A stretch of 64,000 bases of DNA. Source: Octopus vulgaris. Taxonomy: Eukaryota. Numbering within the stretch: position 1 is the first letter of the stretch; every line of letters starts with the position of its first letter. Location of the stretch: NCBI GenBank assembly GCA_951406725.2, contig OX597817.1, positions 145,700,001-145,764,000 on the forward strand, written 5' to 3'. The notes below the pieces were generated by a model. The model saw only the letters and a program-made list of their open reading frames with translations. It did not search any database and was not told where the DNA came from. Below, one piece after another: positions 27,850 to 41,168 of the stretch. The position numbers and the translations under genes are program-made.

Positions 27850-29659
27850 TATCAGATAAAGGTAAAGGTGAAGTTACCTTCTCAAGTCATGTTGACAAAT
27901 AAGGGCTGGGTTCCTGGTTTCCATGGCATAGAAATTCCCCAGCTCCAGGTGGAATACGAGTTCATAGCAGCATTAGTAATTTTTGCCAGCTGAGTGGACT
28001 GGAGCAATGTGAAATGATGTGTTTTGCTCAAGAACACAATGGGTTGCCTGGTCCAGGAATCGACATCACAATCTTACAATCATGAGTCCAACACCCTATA
28101 TAAATAAAAAAAATGTTTCTTTTCCATAGGTGCAGGAGTGGCTGTGTGGTAAGTAGCTTGCTTACCAACCATATGGTTCTGGGTTCAATCCCACTGCATG
28201 GCACCTTGGGCAAGTGTCTTCAACTATAGCCTCAGGCCGACCAAAGCCTATATGTATGTGTGTATCTATATGTATATATGTGTGTGTATGTGTATATGTG
28301 TATCTATATGTATGTGTGCATATGTGTGTGTGTGTGTTTATATGTATGTATGTGTGTGTTTATATGTATGTATGTGTGTGTATGTGTATGTGTTTTTGTG
28401 TATTCTTGCCTTGGCATCATGTAATGGCTGTAAATGAGCATCACCATCACACAGGTGAAGTTGTTTGTTTCCATTCTTCTGTGAAAATATCTCCTTAGTT
28501 TGGAAACAGGTGAAGGTTGATAACAGGAAGGACAACCACCCATAAAAATTTGCCTCAACAGATTCATCTGACCCATGCAAGCATGGAAAAGTGGATGTTA
28601 AATGATGTTGATGTCTCAGTGCATGCATGCACTTACAGTTTGGCTGCCAGCATGACTCCAGGAAAATATAAAATTCCTCACCTGTTGCCAAACAAAATGA
28701 TACTAAATGTGGAATAGCAAAAATGCAAGTGATGCCTCAAACTCCATAACTGTGAAACTAATGTGTCGATTATTTTTTTTCCTTTATAAAATTTCTCACA
28801 AATTATCTAAATTTCAGAAATTTAATTGTGAGAATCAACCACAGCTTTCTGCAAATTAAGCATCAAATTTGATGATAATTTGTATAATTTGTATAAAGAA
28901 AACATTTTGAACACACAGACACACACACGCATGCACAGACACACACACACACACACGCATGCACGCACACACGCACATACATGTATTCTGAAGTTGAAAA
29001 TAATTTGGACTGGAAAATGAAAAACTATGAAGTGAAATATCAATTTATTTTCAATCAAATAGAATTTGTTGAACCAAAAGTCAAATTCTTAGAATATTGT
29101 TTTAATTTATTTTCGATTTCAGAACCCAATGGCGATTGTTTAAGAGCTTGTTTTCTTTGGTTAAAACTCAATGATTAGACAAAAAATTAACTGGATGTTT
29201 TGACTATCATTGCCATTGTTTTATGTATTTTTAATTTCAAGGACGTAAAATTGTTTGAAATTCAATAAAATCTGGAACAAGAAAAAAACAATTAGTTATG
29301 AACTATGATTTTAAACATTTTAATTTCCTTTTTCAGTAAATAATTTAATAAAGTACATCAACATTTTATATTCATGCATAAAAGGCATATGTTGTGGTTG
29401 GAGTGTGTGTTCGAGCATGCAAACTAAAATCCTTTTTGGTCCCAGTTGGGCATTAAAAAATAAAGTCACCCTAGTAGTAACAGACAGAAAAAAAGTACAT
29501 AAAATGCCAGAAAATGAGGAGTGTACAACATTGCTTTGTATATTGTGATGTTGGTTATTCAACATAATTTTTCTCAAAAATGTTTTTTTTAACTGATAAA
29601 CACCTATCCAACAACAACTAAACCAAAAGCACCGACCATGAGTTGACCCACTCATTTAA

Positions 29660-30140
29660 TAATAATGAATAATAATGAAATTATTGTATAGTGCTCAGGT
29701 GCACCACAACTTGTCAAAAGTGCATATAAAGTATATGCAGTAACGTACAAATGTCTGGAAAGTGTACAGTGTATGAGTCAGATGCATGCTTGCGTGTGTA
29801 TGGAGGAGAGAAAATCAGGTGTAGTGTTGGCAAATCTCAGGAAGCATGGAAGTTTTGAAGGATGCAGTGCTCCGACAACTAACAACTGATGTGGGCAGTT
29901 TGTTCCATGCTTCAGCAACTCTTAGCGTGAAAAAATGTTTCCAAAAGTCATGGGAGCTGTGCTGTTTTCTGACTTTGTAAACATGTCCACAGGCGTTAGA
30001 CAGATGGAGTTCGGAAAGGTGCTCAGAGTTATTGTTTGTAAGATGGTTAATAATTTTATGGGTGTCTTCCAAGTCAGTTGCCAGACATCAGAGTTTCAAT
30101 GTATCCATGCCCAGGGAAGTAAGGCATTCAGAATATGGCA
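29660..30140 (-). mobile_element. CR1/L2-group LINE 3' fragment (second copy)
   Basis: HFFTLRVAEAWNKLP and the same 3'UTR as 19784-20428. Confidence 0.85.
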
Positions 30141-30821
30141 AATGCAACAAAATATTGTATACTCTTGCCCTCAGTAATGATAAAGAGGCCTCAGCATATC
30201 GGGGGATCTTGGTATAATTGTTAGCCAAAGGCATTTCAGTTGCAATAATTTGCTTGCACAATATTGAGTGAAAATTTCCAGTGTTTGCTGCCATTTCCTG
30301 CCAAAAACATGACAATAAATTGTGATGCATACCACAATAAACCAGAGAAGAGATGCAGAGACACAGCCAGAGGCAGCAGATGTCCGTGAAAAGACAGGTT
30401 GTTCAGTCATTGCTTGACTCTAGGTTAACAGATTAAAAGGAATAATCTGTCTACAATGAACACAGCATTTTCCCACCTCTTACAGCACAAAGATATAGCT
30501 GTTTTTTTCTAGCTTGCATGAATACAAAACTCACTACTGTTAATCACTGATACAGCCTCCGGCAACAGGCTATTGTACACATTGTAATGTTAATTTATAA
30601 ATAAATAGTTTCATTGAAAACTGCAAATGGACTTGGGTTTTAATGAGTAAAACATTAACCAGCCTAAAACAGTTTTACCAACAATTCAGCACATTTAACC
30701 AAGCCTCCACACCCTAAACATTAATACATTCCCAATGAGTAGAGTCAAAAATTATGTGGAGTACTTAAAAAAATGACAATTTCTATGGATGTATGTTTTA
30801 AGCCTAGTAGATTATAAATCT

Positions 30822-30903
<82 letters not shown>

Positions 30904-32599
30904 AGAGTCCCATTGTAATTTTTCAGTTTTAATTTTCTTTTGAAAATTATTGTCAGATTTTTGTTTCAAACAGCTGAGATAATGATTCTTTAAAAATATG
31001 CATAATATAAATCTGAAAAATTTTTCAAAAATACATCAAATCTGAAAACAATGCTTAAAATAACTACAGCCAAAGAAATTACAGATGTTGACATGCTTTA
31101 CAATTTCTGACTCTATACTAAACACACGCCAAGCATTATTTTGACGATAGTGGTAGGACATACACACACACACACACTCACGACAGGCTTCTCTCAGTTT
31201 CCACCTACTAAATCCACTCATAAAGCTTTGGTCAAGCCAAGGCTATATAGTAGAAGATATTAGCCCAAAGTGTCATGCAGTGGGACTGAACCTAGAACTA
31301 CCAGGTTGTTTGGGGTGACAAAGCAGGTGCTTTACGTTCTGAGTTTAAATTCCGCCGAGGTCGACTTTGCCTTTCATCCTTTCGGGGTCGATAAATAAAG
31401 TACCAGTTACGCACTGGGGTCGATATAATCGACTTAATCCGTTTGTCTGTCCTTGTTTGTCCCCTCTATGTTTAGCCTCTTGTGGGCAATAAAGAAATAA
31501 GAATCATTAGCACACCGGGCGAAATGTTTAGCGACATTTCGTCCGTCTTTACGTTCTGAGTTCAAATTCCGTCGGGAGATTGACTTTGCCTTTCATCTGT
31601 TCAGGATCGATAATATAAGTACCAGTTGAGCACTGGGTTGATGTAATCGACTTGCCCCTTTCCCCGAAATTACTCTGAACAAAAATTTGAAACTAATTTA
31701 AAGAATGTGTGTTTGTGTGTGAACAAAAATATTTATTAACGAAGTTACAAAATGAAAATAGTTAATAATTAAAATATGCTAATTTTCTTGCAACTTGGGG
31801 ACATGAAATGAGTCAAGACCTGTGAATAAACGAAAAGACTTGATAACGAAAAGTTTGTTTACTTAATTATTATGGCATTATAAGAGGATTTAACAGGACA
31901 ATGTTGTCCTCAATAAACTAGAATAAGGCAGGGAGCTGGCTGAATCGTTAGCATGCCTAGCGATATTTATTCTGACTTTGCCTTCTGAGTTCAAATTCTA
32001 CCGAGGTCAATTTTGCTTTTCAACCTTTCGGGGGGTCGATAAAATAAGTACCAGTTGAGCACTGGAGTCGATGTAATCGACTTGTCCCGCCCCCAAAACT
32101 TCAAGCCTTGTGCCTATAGCAGAAAAGAAAAGAAAAGAAAAAAAGCTTCGGCTAAAAGGGCGGGATGATCGCGACTGGAATGCTTTTGAATATACGTCAT
32201 CAGCATGTTCCACCGAACTAAGAAATATAGATAAAAAATATAAAAATATCTATATTTCAATTTTTAACTCCCATAAATCGAATCTTATGGTTGTTGAATT
32301 CAATATACTGCGATATATTTATTCTTTATCAAATATTACCTTTACACGAGCAGGGAATGACATTTTTGGCGCTCTCATCTTATACTATAAGTCTATTATC
32401 TTATTGTAAGCAACAGGAAGTTTTGTACTCCTGCACACCTGAATCCAAGGATAACTACCTTTCTCGTTCCCACCCCCACTACATTTTCGTTTTTGAAAAT
32501 CCCACGCCCCGTATCCTAAATTAATTTCCCTCTCCTTGAAAATCCCAGGTTTCAATGATGTCCTCAGTAACAAATAGGAAGCTGTTACATTCTTTGAAG

Positions 32600-33371
32600 A
32601 TATTGTTCCAGCACGTTACGATCAACTCTATCACGTTTCTGATGCTGCTATCACGTTCCCATTAACCCTATCACGTTGCTTCGCAGATGAAAATTTGGTT
32701 GTTCACTGAAGCATTCTAAAGAAACCTAGCATGAGCGGAGCTGTTTCTATCAAACTCAAAATCTATTTGCAATGTTTTTTTTTTTTTTAATATTTACACT
32801 TGTATTATTACTAGTATGTATTACATAATTGCCTGTTGGCATCTATGTAATCACAGTGTAATGGTTTCCAATATTCGCAGCAAAACATTTTACATATAAA
32901 TAAATAGATAAGTTGAAATATAAAAAGAAACTAACATAAAATAAATGAAAGATATAAATATAAATAAAAAACTAACAAAAATGCAATAGTAAAATGTATG
33001 AAATAAGTAAAAATAAAATATATAAAGAAACTCAATAAAATAAAATAAAAATAAAATTTAAATTTAAATACAATAAAAATAAAATAAATACAATAAATAG
33101 AACAGATAAACAACATAAATAAAAGCAATTAGATAAGAAATATACACAAAGGAAAGAAAATAAATAAAAATTCAGTAAAATAAAATAATAAAAATTAAAA
33201 AAAATTACAATTAAATCAAAGCGAACCGAAATATGCAAAGGGCAGTGACATACTAAGTAATATAATGAAGTTATCTCCCTTGAATTTATTGTTGTTATTT
33301 TTCACCCTCACGTTGCATGACAGATGATCAGGGGAACCTGTCAAGGTAGTAATTTAAATCAGCGTATTACC
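32600..33371 (+). promoter_or_regulatory. Putative cry promoter and first exon (E'-box array, D-box, A-rich tract, donor GTAAGT at 33372)
   Basis: CACGTT at 32612, 32632, 32652, 32672 and 33309; TTACATAA at 32821; CpG-retaining region; consensus donor on the + strand. The link to cry is inferred. Confidence 0.5.
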
Positions 33372-35533
33372 GTAAGTCATATTATTTCTTTTATACTAAT
33401 TATCCGTTTTCTTTCTAATATATATATATGTTTATAAAATACTTACGTTTTGAAGAATTTAAATGTCGTTGTCCAAAATATTATTTACAAACCTCTATGT
33501 TTTAATTAGAAAATTATTTTTTAAAACTTACACTTCCTTACATATGTTTTGTTACACTGAGATTTACTTGTTTTAGTAATTGTTTTGGTTTATATAAACC
33601 TCTATTATATTCAGAAATCGTGAATCTAGTCTAACTCGTTCGTTTATTAAATATAGTTGAGTTTTTTTCTTTCGCCCGAATAGATTTATTAGTGGTTATC
33701 CTTGTTTATCTAAAAGCCGTTTATATATATTTTCCCCCCTAGTTATCAACTTTCAAAACATTTGCCATTTTATGATTTAATTGTTTCATTTAAACGATAA
33801 AACAGTCATATTGATAACAATGGTTAAGGAAACGATCTTACTCTAACGGCATTACGAATCTTGAAATTTACAAAATATGTATTTGAATCTCTGTTTACGC
33901 AATAAGAGATGGACGATAATGAAGTTTATTAATACCTTGTAGCGTGTGTATGTGTTATATATTTTCCATTACGGAAAGATACACACACACACACACACTT
34001 GTGTGTGTGTTGTTTAGATCCAAATTAGATATGATGTTATGGTCATAGTTTATTATAATTGTTTAACCCTAAGTTAGCGGTGATCAAACATTCTGACAGT
34101 GACTATACATCATTTTAAGAGTTTACGGGATTACATTATATTATGTGTCCTTCCTTTGTTTTTCTTAAGACGGCAGCAGATTTCTTATGAGATCGATTTG
34201 GCTACTGTTTCTAACAGCTCGACCGCCCTCCCCCCGCTTTCCTAGACTTGTTGAATACCTCCAACTCACGTGTTGGACGAATATGTGCGATCCACTGATT
34301 CAAGGTTCCAAAATACAGTGTGCATGTGTTTGTTTATATGAAAGAAGGTGTAATAAGTCTATTAGTCCAATGTTTGACGGAGTTTGGGGATTGCTGTACT
34401 TCGAAATCCCATACTTCATTGAAGAGGGAAAGAGTAGCTTTTTTTTCCTTTCATCGTTTTTCTTGGAGTGGGGATGCCATCTTTGTTTTCAAATATATAA
34501 ATATACAACTTCGTTATGATTTTATTATAAATCCCTCTGTTATATGTACCTAAATCCAAAGATCGATAAAATATCTTTTCTCCTAAATTTCTTTTCTTTA
34601 CATTTTTGCCCGCCTCTTCCGTACTCTTCTATTCCCATAAGGTGTGAGTGGACACCAAGAGACAATTATTCCTAAATTCCTCCTAGTTTTTTTAAACTAC
34701 CAAAAAAGTCCCTAATCGTACGTAATTTGACATCTAGATTCCATACGGTTATGATTCCATATATCTCGGTATTCAGGGCCGACACATTTGGTGGTACCGT
34801 AAGTATTAGTTAATCCCTAATGGTGCTGTTAATCTCCGTATTTTAGCATTCTGTGATTATTTCTCATGTTCAAAGAATAAACGCAAGTTACCAAGGATAC
34901 ATACACGCATATTATATTTTATATGTATGTGTGAGCGTGCGCTCATGCTGTCATATATACACAGATATATGTGCGCGCACGTCTCTGTGCGTGTATCGTT
35001 TGCTTTTTACTTGCTTCACTAATGTACTGCGACCGTGCTGGGGTATCATCTTGGAGGATTTAGTCGAAGAGATCGCCCCCTTCTAGTGCTTCTTTTATTA
35101 AACCTGGCAACTTAATCTATTGGCTTCTTTTGTCGAACCGCTAAATTACGGGGACGTAAACAAACCAATGCCAAGTATCAAGCGGTAGGACTGAACCCAA
35201 GGCCATGTCGTTGGGAAGCAAACTTCTCAACCACATAACCACGCCTGCACCTATTTTGGTATCCCTTCGATATAACTCGACAAAATCAAATCATTTCACT
35301 TCGGGTATTTTCCGTGGGTTGTGGAGTTATGCCAGCAGTGTCTCATTTTAAACTTGAAGAAAAAAAAAGCCTTGCATATTTGTTTTTACCTGTTTCATGT
35401 GTGGATGTAAAATCCGCAAATTTCCAAGCAGAAAACAGAATCGAACTGTCATTTGCTTCCACGGAAATGCCCGAAGTGAAATGTTTTGATTTTGTCGAGT
35501 TGTATCGAAAGAATGCCCCTATTTTTAACGGAA

Positions 35534-35580
35534 ACCCTCTGTGAGGATCGAACTCATGGCCCCTGGTTTACAAGGCCAGT
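35534..35580 (-). pseudogene. Truncated tRNA-Thr(TGT)-like fragment
   Basis: Minus strand ACTGGCCTTGTAAACCAGGGGCCATGAGTTCGATCCTCA has an anticodon arm with TGT and a GTTCGA T-loop. The 5' half is missing. Confidence 0.65.
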
Positions 35581-36364
35581 ATATAAATGAACCGATATGT
35601 TTCATGTAAATATTTTCGGTCCCCAAAGGTATTTTTAGCGTGTCAGTTTACTTGCTACTTTCAGAAAGAATTCCAATACAAATAACAAAATACACACGCT
35701 ATGAAAACACAATTTGGTAAATGGTAGGTTTGCAGATAATCCCCTTGTTTATTGTCCGTGAACTGGTGACTCCGTAAAATGTTGTTTACTATCACTGACA
35801 CATTCTCATCCCTTCTGTCTGCTTGTTGCTTTCTCGTTCTCTCTCTCTCTTTCTCCCTCTCTCAAATCACACTTTTTATCACTATTTGTATCTCTGTCTA
35901 CTCGACTGGCATCTTGTCTGTCCATATCTATCCTGTTTTGCTATCTATTCATCTGTCCGACGATCTATATTTCTGTGTCTCTTTATCCATATGTCTACGT
36001 ATCTCTCTATCTAATCTATTTATCTACCTACCCACCCACCCTCTCTATAGACTTCCAGCCATCTGCAGCCCTTTTCTTCTTATTATTTTAATTTTTTTTT
36101 GCAAACCATTCTAGATCCAAACAGCATGATTGTGAATCAGTAGATAAACCATGGTATTAACCAGTAAATGCTTGTAAATCAATCATTTATTTCTCTTTAG
36201 GATTCAGTTTAGAAAATTGGTTTAAGATCCACATTAACCCTTTTGAAACCAGCCTGGTTCTATGATATAAACTTTCTGTTTTAAAGTAATCTTTATTAAA
36301 ATTTTCTATCAAAATTTCAAGTTAATTTTTTTTCCAAACACCAGCTATTTTACTAAATTCCTCA

Positions 36365-36762
36365 TCTCTATATATAAACGGCAGTTTGTCTGTCTGTGTG
36401 GCTGTCAGGTTGTACCCTCACCCTGACCACGGCTTTCAACCAATTCTGATGAAACTTGACACACACATAGCCCAATGTCATAATTCAAAACTAACGCAGC
36501 GAAAATTTTGAAAAGTTCCCCCAGTTCTGAAAAAAGTCGATAAATTCGACATGGGGTCGAGAATCTAAGCTTTTTTTATGCAACACGTTTTCTGTCGGGA
36601 GACAGCTAGGAACATCGTATACATAGAAGTATTCGAGTGAAGAGAAGACATAGCAATCTACACATGCGCCTTCGTTCCCTAGAGGGAAAGAACTAGATTG
36701 GGATTAGTCGTTGCCTACTAGGGGCTCTTACATACCCGGGCAACGCCGGGCTATGCTGCTAG
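36365..36762 (+). mobile_element. Non-autonomous Helitron
   Basis: A|TC 5' end, subterminal hairpin CCCGG-GCAACG-CCGGG, CTAG|T 3' end, no TSD. Inserted into a piggyBac-like MITE. Confidence 0.8.
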
Positions 36763-37514
36763 TTATTTTCTAAATTAACTGTAAGAAAGACATTGTATTT
36801 CAACAGAAATATGATAACAAAATTGGGTCTTATCAATTTATTAGCTGGGCCTGTGCTGTCAAAAATGACGGCTAATTGTAATATTTACCATATATTTCTT
36901 TACTACACACAAGGAGCTAAACACAGAAGGGACAAACAAGGACAGACATAGGTATTACGTCGATTATATCGACCCCAGTGCGTAACTAGTACTTAATTTA
37001 TCGACCCCGAAAGGATGAAAGGCAAAGTTGACCTCGGCGGAATTTGAACTCAGAACGTAGCGACAGACGAAAGTACTGAGTATTTCGCCCGGCGTGCTAA
37101 CGTTTGTGCCAGCTCGCCAATAATTATATATGGATTGTAAATCAAATTAATACACTTGTCAATGTTATCTAGTGGAGATGTGACATTGACCATCGTTTGT
37201 TACTGAAAGAACGTTAGTTCACACATACAAACATACACACACACATTTACCCACACAGAGTTGAAACAATGATTTTTCTTTTCAGCATTGAATGATCATC
37301 GCTCTTCCATTGCGCACACACCTCTCTTTTACATACGCGCACACATACTCACACAGAGTTGAAACCCTCCCACTACCAAGTTTGCGATCACCCCTTCCTT
37401 TCTCATTCATATGTGACGGAGAAAAACAGAGTATTAACATAGTAGATTATTTCTTAACTCTTAAAGAGGAAGAATTCTAAACTTTCTGATCTGGTTTTGT
37501 TGTCAATGTTATAT

Positions 37515-37892
37515 AGTGGAGGCGCAATGGCCCAGTGGTAAGGGCAGCGGACTCACGGTTGTAGGATCGCGGTTTCGATTCCTAGACCGGGCGTTGTGAG
37601 TGTTTATTGAGCGAAAGCACCTAAAGCTCCACGAAGCTCCGGCAGGATGTGGTGGCGAACCCTGCTGTACTCTTTCACCACAACTTTCTCTCACTCTTTC
37701 TTTCAGTTTCTGCTGTACCTGTATTTGAAAGGGCCAGCCTTGTCACACTCTGTGTCACGCTGAATCTCCCCGAGAACTACGTTAAGGGTACGCGTGTCTG
37801 TGGAATGCTCAGCTACTTGCACGTTAATTTCTCGTTCCGTTGATCGGATCAACTGGAACCTTCGTCGTCGTAACTGACGGAGTACCAACAAC
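37515..37892 (+). mobile_element. tRNA-Arg-like SINE family 3 (representative copy)
   Basis: Head TGGCCCAGTGGTAAGGGCAGCGGACTCACG...GTTTCGATTCC. Relatives at ~16610 and 26851 (+), and 17634, 18195 and 54037 (-). Confidence 0.8.
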
Positions 37893-38495
37893 AATATGTA
37901 GAATAGCCCAGAAGTATCATTAGAGATTGTATTAGTAGCATCTTAATTGCTGTTCCCTTGATAATATGTGATGTGATTTAGTCTTTATATTGTTGAATGA
38001 GATGAGTTTGTCTGTCAAGTCCTTATTTGTGGATTCAGTGTGTTCAAGGTGAAGTGTTTAGGATAAGAAATATTAAGGAGTAAAGTGTTAAGATATGGAT
38101 AGAAGTGTGTTTTGCAGAGGCGTGGTAGCAAGGTCTTTAACGTACAGAAGCAAGTGTGTGGGAAATGTTGCTAAATGGATCAGAGTAATGAGAAATATAT
38201 AAAGATAATAGGTGGGAAAATTAGCTACAAGGTTATCAAGCCAAACAGGTTTTGACACTTAGCTAATGTTAAGTGATTTTGCTCAAAGACTGACAGACCA
38301 TATAAATGTGCATTTACATGCATATGCTTATATACACATGCATGCATATATGTATGCATATGTACATATATCATCATTTTTCTAGCTGTTGCTAGGATAG
38401 TTTTTCACCTCCCTTTGATACATATATATATAATTTATATTAATGTTTTTTTAATAACTACTTGTATTCTTATCTCAAATGTATTGAATTTTATA

Positions 38496-38555
<60 letters not shown>

Positions 38556-38649
38556 TATTATGGTTGTAGTTTTGATAATTAAATAAGACAACATTCTAAT
38601 ATCCTAAAGCTGATAAACCAACTAATGTGTTTCTTCATTTACTTATTTG

Positions 38650-38689
<40 letters not shown>

Positions 38690-38750
38690 ATAAGAGTAGA
38701 TCGTATACGAGTGGGTATATATTTGTAAAAAAGAAGTTTGAAAATGCCAC

Positions 38751-39131
38751 TATATTAGATAAATTTTAATTTTACATGTTTCGGTTCTATATTAGATAAA
38801 TTTTAATTTTACATGTTTCGGTTCTATATTAGATAAATTTTAATTTTACATGTTTCGGTTCTATATTAGATAAATTTTAATTTTACATGTTTCGGTTCTA
38901 TATTAGATAAATTTTAATTTTACATGTTTCGGTTCTATATTAGATAAATTTTAATTTTACATGTTTCGGTTCTATATTAGATAAATTTTAATTTTACATG
39001 TTTCGGTTCTATATTAGATAAATTTTAATTTTACATGTTTCGGTTCTATATTAGATAAATTTTAATTTTACATGTTTCGGTTCTATATTAGATAAATTTT
39101 AATTTTACATGTTTCGGTTCTATATTAGATA

Positions 39132-39137
<6 letters not shown>
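38751..39137. repeat. Perfect 37-bp tandem repeat, 10 full copies plus 17 nt
   Basis: Unit TATATTAGATAAATTTTAATTTTACATGTTTCGGTTC, followed by a long (TA)n run. Confidence 0.97.
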
Positions 39138-39222
<85 letters not shown>

Positions 39223-40599
39223 GGAGTAAACACATAAATGTGAAACAAGGTGGAAAAAAGAGTACTCAAATACCAGTGGTAGAGTAATATGCTTTATTTA
39301 AAGCAGCAGAAAATTCAAATTCAAATTTTCTGCTGCTTTAAATAAAGTATATATATATATAGATATATATAGCTGTCTGGATGTTTTGCGTTCTTGTCCC
39401 ATTTTTTGTATTCCTATATATATGTATGTATGTATATGTATTATCATCATCGTTTAATGTCTGCCTTCCTTGCTGGCATGGATGGAACAGTTTGACAGCA
39501 GCCAGTCAGGCATAAACCTGCAGAAGACTTTTGCGATTGTTTTTGCAGGATTTTTTCAACTGGATGCTCTTCCTAACATCAACCACCCAACAGAGTGGAC
39601 TTAATGCTTTTTATGTGGCACAAGCACAGGCAAGATTTTTACAGTTGGATGCCCTTCCAAATGCCAACCACTTTACAGTGTGGACTGGATACTTTTTAAG
39701 TGGCACCTGCACTGACAGTGTCACCAAGTAACCTGCAAGACAAAGCTCTTTTGAGAGAGGAGTGGGGCATTGGAGGTGGTGATATTGTGCCAGATGATGA
39801 AAGGTTATAGTGAGACAGAGAGACAGAAACAGGTGTCTTGCTGTAGAAGAGGTACAAGGTTACCTGGCCAGTGAGAGAGAGAGAAGGAATGAGGACAGAA
39901 ACAGGTGCACTGCCACAAAGGAGATACATGGTTACCCAATTTGAGGGAAGTGCAGGAGAAGGAGAGAGAGAGTGAGTGAGAGACATCGGGATAGAGATGG
40001 TGGCAAAGTGCCAGGCATAATCACAAAGGACAGAGATCAGGATATAAATGATATGGTTGAGTAAAACCAGAGAGAGATATAGATGGTAGCAAGTGCCAGG
40101 GCATACCCTCGAGATTTGAAGGTCATAATATAAGTAGCAAGATATTGCCAAAGAAGTATGATTAGAGAGTGGGGAGGGGAAGTGAGTGGTGAAAATCTGG
40201 GTATATAGAGTGGGGGTGGGGCTACTGGGTAGCAATGATACAGAGAAACAGGGCCCGTGCGGACAGGATTGGGGAGTGAGAGGTAGACATAGTGCATGAA
40301 GGAGGAGATGTGACGAAGAGATATAGATTGGTTTGTTGGGGAACAGTGCACGAAAAATTTTTTTGTTATGTGTGGGTGGAACATAGGTCAGGGGCTAGCG
40401 GATAGCAATGATACAATGAGACAGGGCCAAGTGGACTGGATTGGGGAGTGGGAGGTAAGCATAATGCATGAAGTGGAAATGTGAGGAAGAGAAGAGATAT
40501 GGGGATGTAGTTTGGTTTGGTGTGGTAGGGTGTGTGAGAAGTTTTCTTGTTATGTGTGGATGGGACACACAGCGTTTCTAGAACTCAGTTTCACTGATG

Positions 40600-41130
40600 T
40601 GGGTGGGTCTTCTCAAGAACCTCATATCACCAAACATCTTGGTCCATTGTTATTTCCTCCATGAAGCCCAACATCCTGAGATCAGTCCTTACCACTTCAT
40701 CCCATGTCTTCGTTGGTCTCCCTCTTCTGTGGCTATCATCCACTTTCAGTGATCAGTACTTCTTTATACAGCTGTCCTCATTCAAATGCATCATATGTCC
40801 AAACCAACATAGTCCTCTCTCTTGCATGCTGCATTTGAATCTTCTTATGCCCAACTTTTCTCTCAATATATTTGCCCTTTGTCATACATGTGCACTGATG
40901 TTGCACATCCAACAGAGCATACTACCTTCATTTCTCTCCAGTCTACACATGTCTTTTGGATTCAGAGCCTATGGAGTATAGCCATTTGCACACAAGCATC
41001 ATACAGTCTACCTTTCACTCTGCGAGAGAGAGTCCTTTTGTTGCCAACAGAGGTAATAGATCTCTGAACTTCCTCCACCCTATTCTTATTCTAGAAACAA
41101 TACTTTCAGAGTATCCTCCACCATTGCTAA
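40600..41130 (-). mobile_element. RTE LINE C-terminal fragment
   Basis: Minus strand RGRPTKTWDEVVRTDLRMLG; homologous to 1-660 and to the 63900-64000 end. Confidence 0.7.
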
Positions 41131-41168
41131 TACGCACAACACATCCATAAAAGATTTTATCTTGGATG

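Noticed and set aside
37515-37590. Possible tRNA-Arg gene
   Set aside because: It is the head of a multicopy SINE and continues into SINE body sequence.
38751-39137. CRISPR-like array (37-bp repeats)
   Set aside because: Units are directly adjacent with no spacers, there are no cas genes, and the DNA is eukaryotic.
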